The notes under the pieces are model-generated. The model did no database searches and had not been told where the DNA came from. It worked only from the letters and a program-made list of their open reading frames with translations. From Candidatus Methylomirabilis oxygeniifera (lineage in GTDB: Bacteria; Methylomirabilota; Methylomirabilia; Methylomirabilales; Methylomirabilaceae), in assembly GCA_000091165.1 (NCBI GenBank), contig FP565575.1, positions 480,001 through 512,000 on the forward strand: 32,000 bases of DNA, in the 5' to 3' direction. The position numbers and the translations under genes were made by a program. The first letter of the stretch is position 1, and the number at the start of each line of letters is the position of its first letter. Shown one piece after another: positions 16,996 through 26,697 of the stretch.

Positions 16996-19381
16996 GGTTT
17001 ACGATTTGGCGAAAGTGCTTGGTATGTCAAGCAAGGAACTTCTTGACCAACTTGAGCGGTCTGGCCTGCAACTGAAGAGCCACAGCAGCAACGTGGACGA
17101 GGATCATGTCAGGTCGCTCCTGGCAGCCGCACCACCTCAGAAGCAAAGTCGCCCCAAGCCCAAGCCGCTGGAGGCACCTCCATCGGTCCACGCCGAGCCG
17201 GTGGAAGGCCGACGTATCAGGACAGGGAAGGCTGAAGCCTCGACGGTACCGACGAAGACCTCGGCTCGGACGCCGACTCGCTCCAAGCTCACCGAGGCGA
17301 AGGTGCCGCCCGTGGTCACGCCGATAACCGAAGAGGCGAGATCCACTGGGGGGGTGAGTCCGGTTGAACAAAAGGGGTCTCAGAAGTCTAAGGCAGTGCC
17401 TGTTCCACAGTCGGTGAAGGAGATGGTAGTTCCCGATCAGCGATCCTTGGTGCCGTCTGAGGCTCCTCGCGAGACCAGGACCGCACCGGCCGGCCTGAAG
17501 GGGGCGCCATCCGGGACCCCGATGCCGTCACCACCTGTCTCCGGCCAGACACAGAGGGCGGCGGCGGTTCCACCGACGCCCCAGGCGCCGGTCCGGGTGG
17601 AGCAGATCGAACGCAAGCCCTCTGCTCCACTGCGTCCGACAGTCAAGATTGCGGAGACGATCACTGTGAAGGAGCTGGCGGAAAGCATCTCGATGAGCCC
17701 TAGTGAGATCATCAAGCAGTTGATCAAGATGGGGATCATGACCACGATGAACCAGCCGCTTGATGTGGAGGTCGTCAAACGCGCGGCCGACCAGCTAGGA
17801 TTCTCAGTGGAAGTGACTCCCCTGGAGGAGACTGTGGCCGAGGCGAAGGAGCTTGAAGATCCCTCGCTGCTTCTTCCCAGGTCTCCTGTCGTGACAATCA
17901 TGGGACATGTCGATCACGGCAAAACCTCACTACTGGATGCGATCCGGCAGACCAATGTCATCGCCTCAGAGGCTGGAGGAATTACTCAACATATCGGCGC
18001 CTATCAAGTCGATCTGCCTGGCGGCAAGATCACGTTCCTGGATACACCTGGCCACGAGGCGTTTACCGCGATGCGGGCGCGTGGGGCACAGGCGACCGAT
18101 ATTGTGGTCTTGGTTGTGGCGGCCGATGACGGGGTGATGCCCCAGACGCAGGAGGCGATCAGCCACGCCAAGGACGCGGGCGTCCCGATCCTGGTGGCGA
18201 TCAACAAGATCGATAAGCCAGGCGCCGATCCGACCCGTGTCAAGCAACAGTTGGCGGAATACGGGCTGGTTCCGGAAGAGTGGTCAGGGCAGACGATTTA
18301 CGCGGAGGTCTCGGCCAAAAAGCAGGTGGGCATAGAGCATCTGCTTGAGATGCTGCTGTTGCTGGCCGAGGTTCAGGAACTCAAGGCGAACCCGCACAGG
18401 TCCGCAAAGGGTGTCATCATTGAGGCCGAACTGGATCGTAGTCGGGGACCGGTCGCGACGGTATTGGTTCAGCAGGGGACCCTGAAGGTGGGGGACGTGA
18501 TCGTTGCCGGATTGCATTCTGGTCGGGTGCGGGCGATGAATAACGAGAAGGGGAAAAGGACCCAGACAGCCGGACCGGCCACCCCCGTGGAGGTGCTGGG
18601 TCTGTCCGGCGTCCCTATGGCTGGAGATACGTTTGTTGTGGTATCCGATGAACGAAAAGGGCGGCAGATCGCGCTCGCCCGACAACAGAAACACCGCGAA
18701 GAGATGATCGTTTCGAAGCACCGCATTACCCTGGACGATTTGCACCGTCGTATCCAGGAGGGTGAGGTCAAAGAACTTCGGATGATTATCAAGGGGGACG
18801 TCCAGGGCTCCGTTGGACCGTTTCGCGAATCGCTGGGGCGGATCGGCACCGACGCGGTCAGGTTAAAGGTGATCCACGCGTCTGTCGGCGCCATCACCGA
18901 GACCGACGTGATGTTGGCGTCGGCTTCCAATGCTGTCATTGTAGGATTTCATGTTCGGCCTGAGCCAAAGGCCCAGAAGCTGGCCGAGCAGGAAGGCGTC
19001 GAGATCCGGCTCTACACCGTGATTTATGACGCCATCAACGAAATCCGGCGAGCGATGGAGGGGCTGCTGGAGCCCAAGTATGTCGAACGGTCGATCGGTC
19101 GCGTGGAGGTTCGCCAGGTCTTTGCTGTACCCAAGGTTGGAGCGGTTGCCGGCTCAACCGTGGTGGAGGGGAAGGTTTGCCGGGACAGTCAGGTCCGCAT
19201 TGTTCGGGACGGCAAGGTAGTCCACAAGGGTCGGGTCGGGTCGCTTCGCCGCTTCAAGGAGGATGTTCGGGAGGTACAAACCGGGTTTGAGTGCGGAGTC
19301 GGCCTGGTAAACTTTAACGACATCAAGGTTGGCGATATCCTGGAAGTCTTCGATCTGGAATCGGTCGCCCAAAAGTTGTAG
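16988..19381 (+). CDS. infB: Translation initiation factor IF-2
   Basis: About 797 aa. The N-terminus is [23 protein letters not shown] Pro/Ala/Ser-rich linker spans roughly 17100-17640. The G domain has [20 protein letters not shown] and NKID, followed by C-terminal domains. The start could also be GTG 16982. It overlaps the ylxR-fusion stop. Confidence 0.96.
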   Translation: MIRVYDLAKVLGMSSKELLDQLERSGLQLKSHSSNVDEDHVRSLLAAAPPQKQSRPKPKPLEAPPSVHAEPVEGRRIRTGKAEASTVPTKTSARTPTRSKLTEAKVPPVVTPITEEARSTGGVSPVEQKGSQKSKAVPVPQSVKEMVVPDQRSLVPSEAPRETRTAPAGLKGAPSGTPMPSPPVSGQTQRAAAVPPTPQAPVRVEQIERKPSAPLRPTVKIAETITVKELAESISMSPSEIIKQLIKMGIMTTMNQPLDVEVVKRAADQLGFSVEVTPLEETVAEAKELEDPSLLLPRSPVVTIMGHVDHGKTSLLDAIRQTNVIASEAGGITQHIGAYQVDLPGGKITFLDTPGHEAFTAMRARGAQATDIVVLVVAADDGVMPQTQEAISHAKDAGVPILVAINKIDKPGADPTRVKQQLAEYGLVPEEWSGQTIYAEVSAKKQVGIEHLLEMLLLLAEVQELKANPHRSAKGVIIEAELDRSRGPVATVLVQQGTLKVGDVIVAGLHSGRVRAMNNEKGKRTQTAGPATPVEVLGLSGVPMAGDTFVVVSDERKGRQIALARQQKHREEMIVSKHRITLDDLHRRIQEGEVKELRMIIKGDVQGSVGPFRESLGRIGTDAVRLKVIHASVGAITETDVMLASASNAVIVGFHVRPEPKAQKLAEQEGVEIRLYTVIYDAINEIRRAMEGLLEPKYVERSIGRVEVRQVFAVPKVGAVAGSTVVEGKVCRDSQVRIVRDGKVVHKGRVGSLRRFKEDVREVQTGFECGVGLVNFNDIKVGDILEVFDLESVAQKL

Positions 19382-19389
19382 AGAGGTGT

Positions 19390-19437
19390 CAGGTTTCAGG
19401 TTGCGAGTTACGCTTCGCTCAACGCTCAACGCTCGAA
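19390..19437 (+). repeat. Heptamer tandem repeats in the infB-DUF503 spacer
   Basis: CAGGTTT CAGGTTG (19390-19403), then GCTCAAC GCTCAAC GCTCGAA (19417-19437). Confidence 0.7.
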
Positions 19438-19450
19438 ACTGTTGTACCCC

Positions 19451-19738
19451 ATGACTGTTGGGACATGCCGTGTCGAGTTGCATCTGGCCGGTAATACCTC
19501 CCTCAAGGGTAAGCGGCGGGTTGTCAAGGGGATCAAAGATCGTATCCGGGGCCGCTTCAATGTCTCGGTCGCTGAGGTGGATCGCCTTGATGAATGGCAA
19601 CGCGCCACACTCGGAATCGCCTGCATCAGCAACAATGCTCGACTGGTCGACGAGACCCTCACAAAAGTCGTCAACCTCATCGAGGCTGACGCCGACGCGC
19701 TGATTCTCGATTATGAGATCGATCTCATGACCCAGTGA
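19451..19738 (+). CDS. DUF503 family protein (YlxP-like)
   Basis: 95 aa from ATG 19451; the track start is TTG 19442. MTVGTCRVELHLAGNTSLKGKRRVVKGIKDRIRGRFNVSVAEVD..WQRATLGIACISN is DUF503-like. The position between infB and rbfA matches Bacillus ylxP. Confidence 0.85.
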   Translation: MTVGTCRVELHLAGNTSLKGKRRVVKGIKDRIRGRFNVSVAEVDRLDEWQRATLGIACISNNARLVDETLTKVVNLIEADADALILDYEIDLMTQ

Positions 19739-19772
19739 CGTCGTCGGTCTGCTGGTTACGGAGAGAATGATT

Positions 19773-20132
19773 ATGCAAGGCAGGCGAGCCGATCGAGTCG
19801 GCACTTTGATACAGGAAGAGATCAGTCGCTTAATTTTACAGTCGGTGAAGGATCCGAGGGTTCGTTGCGCTACGGTCACCCGTGTGCGGGTCAGCGACGA
19901 TTTGCAACACGCGAAGGTCTATATCGCCTCAATGGGAGGCGACAAGGAACGGTGCCAGGAGGCGCTGATCGGTTTAAAGAGCGCAGCCGGCTTTCTCCGG
20001 GGGGAATTGGGGCGCCGGTTGTGCCTGCGCTACATCCCGGAGCTGCTCTTTTCGCTTGATGATTCGTTGGAGCAGGAGTTGCACCTCGCTGAGCTGTTTC
20101 GGCAGATCGAAGCGACCGAGACCAGGGAGTAA
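19773..20132 (+). CDS. rbfA: Ribosome-binding factor A
   Basis: MQGRRADRVGTLIQEEISRLILQSVKDPRV..VTRVRVSDDLQHAKVYI is RbfA-like. ATG 19773 is 9 nt after GGAG; the track start ATG 19767 is only 3 nt after it. Confidence 0.93.
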   Translation: MQGRRADRVGTLIQEEISRLILQSVKDPRVRCATVTRVRVSDDLQHAKVYIASMGGDKERCQEALIGLKSAAGFLRGELGRRLCLRYIPELLFSLDDSLEQELHLAELFRQIEATETRE

Positions 20133-20137
20133 TGACA

Positions 20138-21010
20138 ATGGCGAGTCGTATCGATCTACACCTGCATACCAAGGCCTCAGATGGCGCGCTTCAGCCGGCG
20201 GAACTGGTGAAGGCCGCAGACCGCATTGGGATCCGCGTGATGGCCGTGACCGACCACGACAGCGTGAATGGAATCGCCGAGGCGCAGGAAGCCGCTTCCG
20301 ATCTGGCAATCGAGGTAATGTCCGGGATCGAGTTGAGTGCGAGTCTGGACGGCGACGAGATCCATATCCTGGGCTATCTGCTCGACGCGGACGATCCATC
20401 CTTACAAAAGGCCCTCCGTCGACTACAGGAGGACAGACTCGTTCAGGCCCGGGCTATGGTCGAGCGGTTGGGCGCACTCGGGTATCCGGTCGAGTGGGAC
20501 CGCGTATTGGCTATTGCCAATGGCGGATCGGTCGGACGGCCGCATATCGCGATGGCCCTCGTGGAGCGCGGCGGCGTCGCATCGGTGGATGAGGCGTTCT
20601 CGCGTTTTCTGAGACGAGGGGGCCCCGCCTATGTCGAGGGCTCGAAGGTCTTCCCGTACGAGGCGGTCAGCCTGATCAGGGAGGCTCATGGCGTGCCCTC
20701 ACTGGCGCACCCGATCATTGTGGGGGCCGGCGATTACCATCTGGATCTTGAGCGGCTGTTGCCGATGATGAAGGAGTCGGGCCTGGAGGGGATCGAGACC
20801 TACTATAAGGGGTATACCCCGGAGATTACAACGTCTCTGCTGGCGGTTGCCGAGCGGCATCGGCTTATACCCACCGGTGGGAGCGATTTTCACGGCGGCG
20901 GCGTAGTTGCCGATGCGGAGTTGGGAGGGGTAGAGGTACCCTGGCAGACTGTCGAGCGGCTGTGGGCCAGAAAACGAGCGTCGGGCGCCGCACCGATCAT
21001 CTCCGGGTAA
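20138..21010 (+). CDS. PHP-domain phosphoesterase (TrpH/YciV, RNase AM-like family)
   Basis: About 290 aa. IDLHLHTKASDGAL..MAVTDHDSVNG..SGIELS..GRPHIA..LAHP..GGSDFHG is the PHP metal-ligand pattern. The start is ATG 20138 (8 nt after GGGAG) or ATG 20132, which overlaps the rbfA stop. Confidence 0.85.
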   Translation: MASRIDLHLHTKASDGALQPAELVKAADRIGIRVMAVTDHDSVNGIAEAQEAASDLAIEVMSGIELSASLDGDEIHILGYLLDADDPSLQKALRRLQEDRLVQARAMVERLGALGYPVEWDRVLAIANGGSVGRPHIAMALVERGGVASVDEAFSRFLRRGGPAYVEGSKVFPYEAVSLIREAHGVPSLAHPIIVGAGDYHLDLERLLPMMKESGLEGIETYYKGYTPEITTSLLAVAERHRLIPTGGSDFHGGGVVADAELGGVEVPWQTVERLWARKRASGAAPIISG

Positions 21011-21026
21011 ACTTCAGGTATATCGT

Positions 21027-21968
21027 ATGGAACTCAGCGGAGTCTTGAATATTAATAAGCCTGGGGGGATGACCTCCCATGATGTGGTGGACGTGGTGCG
21101 GCGTCTACTGAAGATGCGCCGTATCGGGCATACCGGTACGCTCGATCCGAGGGCGACCGGCGTGCTGCCGCTCTGCGTCGGACGGGCGACCCGAATCGCA
21201 CAGTTTCTGACTCAGGCCGACAAAGAGTACCTGATCACCATGCAACTGGGCATCACAACTGATACTTTGGATGCTGACGGGAAGGTGTTGTCCAGGACGG
21301 ATCATATTGATGTAGACCCCGCCAGACTGCGAGAGGTTCTGGAGAGTTTTGTCGGAGAGATTCAGCAGGTACCGCCCCTGTTTTCCGCGAAGAAGCATCA
21401 CGGGGAGCGACTCTATCGTCTGGCTCGCCGCGGTGAAACGGTCGAACGACAGCCGGTTGCGATTCGAATCTATGACCTGACACTGCTGGAGTGTGACCTG
21501 CCCTTCGTCCGGTTCCGGGTGAGTTGTTCCAAGGGGACATATGCCCGCACGCTGTGCGATGATGTCGGTCGAGTCCTCGGCTGCGGCGCGCACCTGTATG
21601 CGTTGACTCGCGTTCGGTCCGGCCGTTTCCTGATTGAGGATGCGCTGACGCTGGAGCAACTGGAGCAGGCCGTTGTGGAGGACCGCATCCGGGACGTACT
21701 GATCCCCATCGGGGAGGCGCTGGGGCACCTCCCGGTTGTCAGGATCCATCCGGAGTCCTCTCGAGGCGTTGTCCAGGGGGGCGGGATGGCGGCCGGAACG
21801 TTGCTCAGTTTTCCCATGGAGGTGGAGAAGGGGGACCTTGTCAGGGTTCTGGGATATCGGCGCCAGCTTCTTTCGTTGGCGGAGGCGACGGTTGCCGGTC
21901 GAGAATTCTCCACAGTCGATCCGCGCCGGATTGTCTTAAAACCGGTACGGGTCCTCGCCGGGCAATGA
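21027..21968 (+). CDS. truB: tRNA pseudouridine-55 synthase TruB
   Basis: 313 aa. GVLNINKPGGMTSHDVV..IGHTGTLDPRATGVLPLCVGRATR contains the catalytic Asp motif, and a PUA-like C-terminus is present. Confidence 0.95.
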   Translation: MELSGVLNINKPGGMTSHDVVDVVRRLLKMRRIGHTGTLDPRATGVLPLCVGRATRIAQFLTQADKEYLITMQLGITTDTLDADGKVLSRTDHIDVDPARLREVLESFVGEIQQVPPLFSAKKHHGERLYRLARRGETVERQPVAIRIYDLTLLECDLPFVRFRVSCSKGTYARTLCDDVGRVLGCGAHLYALTRVRSGRFLIEDALTLEQLEQAVVEDRIRDVLIPIGEALGHLPVVRIHPESSRGVVQGGGMAAGTLLSFPMEVEKGDLVRVLGYRRQLLSLAEATVAGREFSTVDPRRIVLKPVRVLAGQ

Positions 21969-22972
21969 TCGTTATCGAACAGATTGAAGATCTGGAACAA
22001 GGATATCCCTTTCCTGCAGTGGCAGTCGGGACATTCGACGGGGTCCATCTCGGACATCGTGAGATCCTGGGTCGCGTCGTGCGGCGCGCTCACCAGGAGG
22101 AAGGAACGGCGGTTGTCTTTACCTTCTCGCGACATCCCCTGGAAGTGGTGAATCCTTCAAAGGCGCCGCCTCTCTTGACCCCACTGCCGATCAAACAGGA
22201 CATCATGGCTGCGCTTGGCGTCGATCTGATGATTGCCGTCGGCTTTACTCCTTCTCTGGCGGCTACCGCGCCACGCGATTTCGTCAACACCTACATGGTC
22301 GATCGACTTCAGGCGCGGTTCGTCTGTATCGGATACGACTTTGCCTTTGGGCAGGCCAGGGCCGGTTCACCGGAACTGCTCAGGGCGCTTGGCGAGGAGC
22401 ATCAGTTCGAGCTTGACGTGGTGCCCGCAATGACGGCGGACGGCCAGGTGGTTAGTTCTACTCGGATCCGCGGCCTCCTTGCGAGGGGCGAGTTGCGCGA
22501 GGCGACCCGTTGTTTGGGGCGGCCATATGCCGTTATGGGACAAGTCGAACGGGGCGCCGAACGAGGCAGGTGGCTGGGATACCCGACAGCCAATCTCGCC
22601 GCGACCGGCGACTTAATTGTTCCGGATGGCGTCTACGCCGGCATGGTATGGTTGAAGCAGAGGTTGCAGAAGGCGCTGATCAATGTTGGGAGGGCGCCGA
22701 CCTTTGGCGGTGAGGTCCGGCGAGTGGAGGTTCACGTGCTGGAAGCTGACGAGGGAGAATTGTACGGGGAGATGCTCACGCTCCTGTTCCTTGAACGCTT
22801 GCGGGACGAGCGACGCTTTGATGACCCGTCGTTACTCCGACGGCAGATCGACTACGACAAACGGCAGGCGGATGAGATTTTTACCGCCTTCCCGCAGTAT
22901 TCTGCGGAAGAATGGGCTTTACTCCCCGAGGGGCCTGTGCTATCGTACTCGCGGTTTCGGGTACCTATTTAA
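21965..22972 (+). CDS. ribF: Bifunctional riboflavin kinase / FMN adenylyltransferase
   Basis: 335 aa. [29 protein letters not shown] and [22 protein letters not shown] motifs are present. It overlaps truB by 4 nt. Confidence 0.94.
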   Translation: MIVIEQIEDLEQGYPFPAVAVGTFDGVHLGHREILGRVVRRAHQEEGTAVVFTFSRHPLEVVNPSKAPPLLTPLPIKQDIMAALGVDLMIAVGFTPSLAATAPRDFVNTYMVDRLQARFVCIGYDFAFGQARAGSPELLRALGEEHQFELDVVPAMTADGQVVSSTRIRGLLARGELREATRCLGRPYAVMGQVERGAERGRWLGYPTANLAATGDLIVPDGVYAGMVWLKQRLQKALINVGRAPTFGGEVRRVEVHVLEADEGELYGEMLTLLFLERLRDERRFDDPSLLRRQIDYDKRQADEIFTAFPQYSAEEWALLPEGPVLSYSRFRVPI

Positions 22973-22994
22973 GACGAAAGGAGGATACGGCTTC

Positions 22995-23264
22995 GTGGGC
23001 AAGGCGTCTACAAATAAGCAGGAAATCATTGGGCAGTATCGGCTACATGACAGCGACTCCGGTTCCCCGGATGTGCAGATCGCGCTCCTGACCGGACGAA
23101 TCGGCTATCTGACCGAGCATTTGAACGGCCACAAGAAAGACTTCCACTCCAGGCGAGGGCTGCTCCGCCTTGTCGCGCGGCGTCGGAAGCTCCTGGACTA
23201 CCTGAGGAGTAAAGACGCGAACAGGTATAAACAGATTATCGAAAGGTTGGGAATCCGTAAATGA
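22995..23264 (+). CDS. rpsO: 30S ribosomal protein uS15
   Basis: 89 aa from GTG 22995, 9 nt after AAAGGAGGA (22977-22985). [51 protein letters not shown] is S15. The 193-aa track ORF (22683..) extends upstream in an alternative frame of ribF. Confidence 0.93.
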   Translation: MGKASTNKQEIIGQYRLHDSDSGSPDVQIALLTGRIGYLTEHLNGHKKDFHSRRGLLRLVARRRKLLDYLRSKDANRYKQIIERLGIRK

Positions 23265-25348
23265 GCAGTCGGGTCGAGCGGATCATCGAAGGGAAACCAT
23301 TAAGTATCGAGGCGGGGCGTGTAGCCAGGCAGGCCGATGGCGCCGTGTTGGTTCGGTACGGCGATACCGTTGTGCTGGTTACAGTGGTGGCTTCGAAACA
23401 GATGCGGCAGGGGATCGATTTCTTTCCGCTGACTGTTGATTATCAGGAACGGGCCTACGCTGCAGGCAAAATCCCTGGCGGTTTTTTCAAGCGGGAGGGC
23501 AAGCCTCATGATAAGGAGACCTTGACCTCCCGCCTGATCGATCGCCCACTCCGTCCCCTTTTCCCGGATGGCTACCGGAACGATGTCCAGATTATTGCCA
23601 CAGTCCTGTCTGCGGACCAGCAGAACGACCCCGACGTGCTGGCGGTATTGGGCGCCTCCGCCGCTCTGACCATTGCGCCTATTCCGTTCCTTGGACCGAT
23701 CGGCGCGGTCCGGGTGGGCCGGGTGGAGGGCAAGCTGCTCCTCAATCCCACCTATGCCCAGATGGAAGGATCAGACATCGATATGGTCGTCGCAGGGACC
23801 CGAAGCGCGGTTGTGATGCTTGAGGCCGGCGCCAACGAGATCCCTGAGGACGTCATGTTTGAGGCGATCGAATTCGGCCATAAGGGCATTCAGCCTATGA
23901 TTGACATGGTGTCGGAACTGGCTCAAGCGCTCCGGGTTGAAAAGGTGCCCTTCCAGGTGTCGCCGCCGGATCCACAGTTGCGTGATCGCGTAAGCGCGCT
24001 GGCCCGCCAGGGACTTCGGGCGCTGGCTGGGATTGCCGAAAAGGAGGAGCATCGCAGCCATCGGCAGCAGCTCTTCGATGAGGTCATGGCCGCGTTCAGC
24101 GATGAGCCGGACGACCGCAAGGGCGTCGTCAGGGGGCTGTTCGAAGCGATCGAGCACGACGAGCTGCGCCGAATGATCCTGGAGGAGGGGAGGCGTGCGG
24201 ATGGGCGATCGCTCGAGGATGTCCGGCCGATCACGGCCGAGGTCGGGGTCCTGCCAAGGACTCACGGATCGGCCCTCTTCACCAGGGGTCAGACCCAGGC
24301 GCTCGTGACGACGACGCTCGGTACCTCCGAAGATGAGCAGCGTCTGGATGATCTCGAGGGGGAGGGTACCAAGCGGTTCATGCTTCATTACAACTTTCCA
24401 CCGTTCAGTGTGGGCGAGGTCAGATTCATGCGTGGTCCGGGTCGGCGCGAAATCGGGCATGGGGCACTTGCCGAGCGGGCCCTTTTGGCGGCGTTGCCGC
24501 CGAAGGAAGAGTTTTCGTATACTCTTCGGATCGTGTCGGATATCCTCGAATCGAATGGTTCGTCGTCTATGGCCACGGTGTGCGGAGCTAGTCTCAGCCT
24601 GATGGATGCCGGGGTGCCGATTCGATCGGCGGTGGCCGGGGTGGCGATGGGGCTCGTTGTGGAGGATGAGCGGGCGGCGATACTCACCGATATTATCGGA
24701 CTCGAGGATCACCTTGGCGACATGGACTTCAAGGTGGCCGGTACCCGGAAAGGGATTACGGCGCTGCAACTGGATATCAAGACCCAAGGGATCGCGCCGA
24801 GTCTCATGCCGAAGGCGCTGGGTCAGGCCAGGCGCGCCCGCCTTCACATCTTGGATCAGATGGACCGCGCCCTTACAGAGCCGAGATCCAACATCTCGGT
24901 GTATGCCCCGCGTATCATCACGATAATGATCCCCGTGGATAAAATTCGTGATGTCATCGGCCCGGGCGGCAAGGTGATCCGTGGGATTGTTGCGGACTCC
25001 GGGGCGAAGATCGATGTCTCGGACGACGGACGGATCGAGATCGCGTCGGTCGATGGAGAGGCGGCGCAGAAGGCGTTGTCGATTATCAGTAAGATCGTCG
25101 AGGTTCCCGAGGTAGGCAAGATCTATCAGGGGAAGGTCGTCAAGATTATGGATTTCGGCGCCTTCGTTCAGATTCTTCCCGGCACCGATGGCCTGCTGCA
25201 TATCTCTCAGATTTCCGAACAGCGGGTAAAAAGGGTCGAGGATGTCTTGTCGGAAGGGGAAGAGATCATGGTAAAGGTGATCGATGTCGACAAGAATGGG
25301 AAGATCCGGTTGAGTCGGAAAGAGGTGTCGCAGGCTGAGGCGCAGTAG
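23261..25348 (+). CDS. pnp: Polyribonucleotide nucleotidyltransferase (PNPase)
   Basis: 695 aa with two RNase PH domains ([26 protein letters not shown]; [15 protein letters not shown]; [12 protein letters not shown]), a KH domain ([15 protein letters not shown]) and an S1 domain ([13 protein letters not shown]). The ATG overlaps the rpsO stop by 4 nt. Confidence 0.97.
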   Translation: MSSRVERIIEGKPLSIEAGRVARQADGAVLVRYGDTVVLVTVVASKQMRQGIDFFPLTVDYQERAYAAGKIPGGFFKREGKPHDKETLTSRLIDRPLRPLFPDGYRNDVQIIATVLSADQQNDPDVLAVLGASAALTIAPIPFLGPIGAVRVGRVEGKLLLNPTYAQMEGSDIDMVVAGTRSAVVMLEAGANEIPEDVMFEAIEFGHKGIQPMIDMVSELAQALRVEKVPFQVSPPDPQLRDRVSALARQGLRALAGIAEKEEHRSHRQQLFDEVMAAFSDEPDDRKGVVRGLFEAIEHDELRRMILEEGRRADGRSLEDVRPITAEVGVLPRTHGSALFTRGQTQALVTTTLGTSEDEQRLDDLEGEGTKRFMLHYNFPPFSVGEVRFMRGPGRREIGHGALAERALLAALPPKEEFSYTLRIVSDILESNGSSSMATVCGASLSLMDAGVPIRSAVAGVAMGLVVEDERAAILTDIIGLEDHLGDMDFKVAGTRKGITALQLDIKTQGIAPSLMPKALGQARRARLHILDQMDRALTEPRSNISVYAPRIITIMIPVDKIRDVIGPGGKVIRGIVADSGAKIDVSDDGRIEIASVDGEAAQKALSIISKIVEVPEVGKIYQGKVVKIMDFGAFVQILPGTDGLLHISQISEQRVKRVEDVLSEGEEIMVKVIDVDKNGKIRLSRKEVSQAEAQ

Positions 25349-25363
25349 AGGTCATCCTGAATC

Positions 25364-26617
25364 ATGAGCCGCCTCTCCTTTCATCGCGAAGTGTTACCGA
25401 ACGGGGTAGTCGTGCTCAGCGAACAGATGCCTGCCGTCAAGTCGGCCACGATCGGCGTCTGGGTACGGGTCGGATCGCGGGACGAGGCGGGAGAAGTCGC
25501 CGGCGTCTCGCACTTTATCGAGCATATGCTCTTCAAGGGGACCCAGCGGCGGAGCGCGCAGGAGATTGCCAGGACGGTTGACGCCGTCGGCGGAACGCTC
25601 GACGCCTTCACGAGCCGCGAGACCACCTGTTTCTATGCCAAGGTCCTTGGTGAGCACCTGCCTCTGGCCGTTGATATTCTGGCTGATACCTTTCTCCACT
25701 CCAATCTGGACACCAAAGATATTGAGCGGGAGCAGGAGGTGGTACTTCAGGAGATCAAGATGGTGGAAGATACCCCCGATGATCTGGTCCATGACCTCTT
25801 TGCGGAGGCGATCTGGAGCGATCATCCGGTGGCCAGACCGATCCTTGGACGCAAGGAAACGGTGCGCGCCTTTACGCAAGACGACGTCCGCCGTCACATG
25901 GATCGCTTCTACCGCCCTGATCGGACCGTGGTGGCGGCAGCTGGCGATCTGGAGCACGGGCGGCTGGTAGAGTTGGTGACGCAGGCCTTCAACGGTTTTG
26001 AAGGCCGATCCGTTCACGCCGACGTTCCACCGCCAAGCTGTACGGCAGCGGTCAGAGTAGAGGAGCGCGATACGGCTCAGCTCCACCTGTGCCTCGGCAT
26101 GGATGGCCTGCCGCATGCGCACAAGGATCGCTATGCCCTCTACCTGTTAAACGCCATGCTGGGCGGCAGCATGAGCTCCCGGCTCTTTCAGGAGGTTCGC
26201 GAAAAACGAGGTCTGGTCTATTCGATCTACTCCTACCAGGCCTCATATCGTGATTGTGGTCTGCTGGTTATTTACGCCGGAACCAATCCGGAGTCGTCAG
26301 GCCAGGTTGTGGAGCTGATTCGGGCTGAGTGCGCCAGTCTGCGGAATCAACCGGTCGATCCCAGTGATCTCCAACGGGCGAAGGATCAGCTTAAAGGCAA
26401 TCTGCTCCTTGGCCTCGAGGGGACCAGCAGTCGGATGACTCGCATGGCCAAGACAGAGATCTATTTCGAGGGGACCTATGGTCTCGATGAAATCATCGCC
26501 GGGATCGATTCGGTATCCGTCGATCAATTTGAGTCGCTGGCCAGAAGGATCCTGCGCGACGAGACGTTCGCCATTACCACTATCGGCCCTGTTGCCCAGG
26601 CGGCCCTGCTCTCTTAA
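25364..26617 (+). CDS. M16-family zinc metallopeptidase (insulinase/MlpA-like)
   Basis: 417 aa with HFIEHMLFKG (the inverted HxxEH zinc motif). The position downstream of pnp matches many Firmicutes-like clusters. Confidence 0.88.
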   Translation: MSRLSFHREVLPNGVVVLSEQMPAVKSATIGVWVRVGSRDEAGEVAGVSHFIEHMLFKGTQRRSAQEIARTVDAVGGTLDAFTSRETTCFYAKVLGEHLPLAVDILADTFLHSNLDTKDIEREQEVVLQEIKMVEDTPDDLVHDLFAEAIWSDHPVARPILGRKETVRAFTQDDVRRHMDRFYRPDRTVVAAAGDLEHGRLVELVTQAFNGFEGRSVHADVPPPSCTAAVRVEERDTAQLHLCLGMDGLPHAHKDRYALYLLNAMLGGSMSSRLFQEVREKRGLVYSIYSYQASYRDCGLLVIYAGTNPESSGQVVELIRAECASLRNQPVDPSDLQRAKDQLKGNLLLGLEGTSSRMTRMAKTEIYFEGTYGLDEIIAGIDSVSVDQFESLARRILRDETFAITTIGPVAQAALLS

Positions 26618-26620
26618 ACA

Positions 26621-26641
26621 TAGGGTGTAGGGTTCAGGGTG
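26621..26641 (+). repeat. G/T-rich heptamers TAGGGTG TAGGGTT CAGGGTG
   Basis: Three tandem 7-nt units lie directly after the peptidase stop codon. GGG occurs at 26623, 26630 and 26637. Confidence 0.75.
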
Positions 26642-26665
26642 TAAGAGCCAAAAATTAACCGCAAT

Positions 26666-26693
26666 TACTAATCACTAACCACTAACCACTGAC
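26666..26693 (+). repeat. C/A-rich heptamers TACTAAT CACTAAC CACTAAC CACTGAC in the purB leader
   Basis: Four tandem 7-nt units end 4 nt before the purB ATG. TAA/TGA triplets start at 26669, 26676, 26683 and 26690. Confidence 0.8.
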
Positions 26694-26697
26694 TCCG

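Noticed and set aside
22683-22994. A 193-aa ORF suggesting a larger protein that ends in S15.
   Set aside because: The first 104 codons are an alternative frame of the ribF 3' end. Canonical 89-aa S15 starts at GTG 22995 behind AAAGGAGGA.
23771-25201. A 476-aa minus-strand ORF opposite pnp. Similar long minus-strand ORFs occur at 9833-10843, 29066-30094, 1092-1949, 11796-12611 and 31159-31935.
   Set aside because: All lie entirely antisense to strongly supported, conserved + strand genes. Their translations are Arg/Pro/Gly/Leu-rich low-complexity sequence with no recognisable motifs. Long antisense frames without stops are expected in GC-rich coding DNA.
26623-26639. A possible G-quadruplex in TAGGGTGTAGGGTTCAGGGTG.
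   Set aside because: Only three GGG tracts are present, and a canonical intramolecular G4 needs four. The nearby sequence offers no fourth tract.
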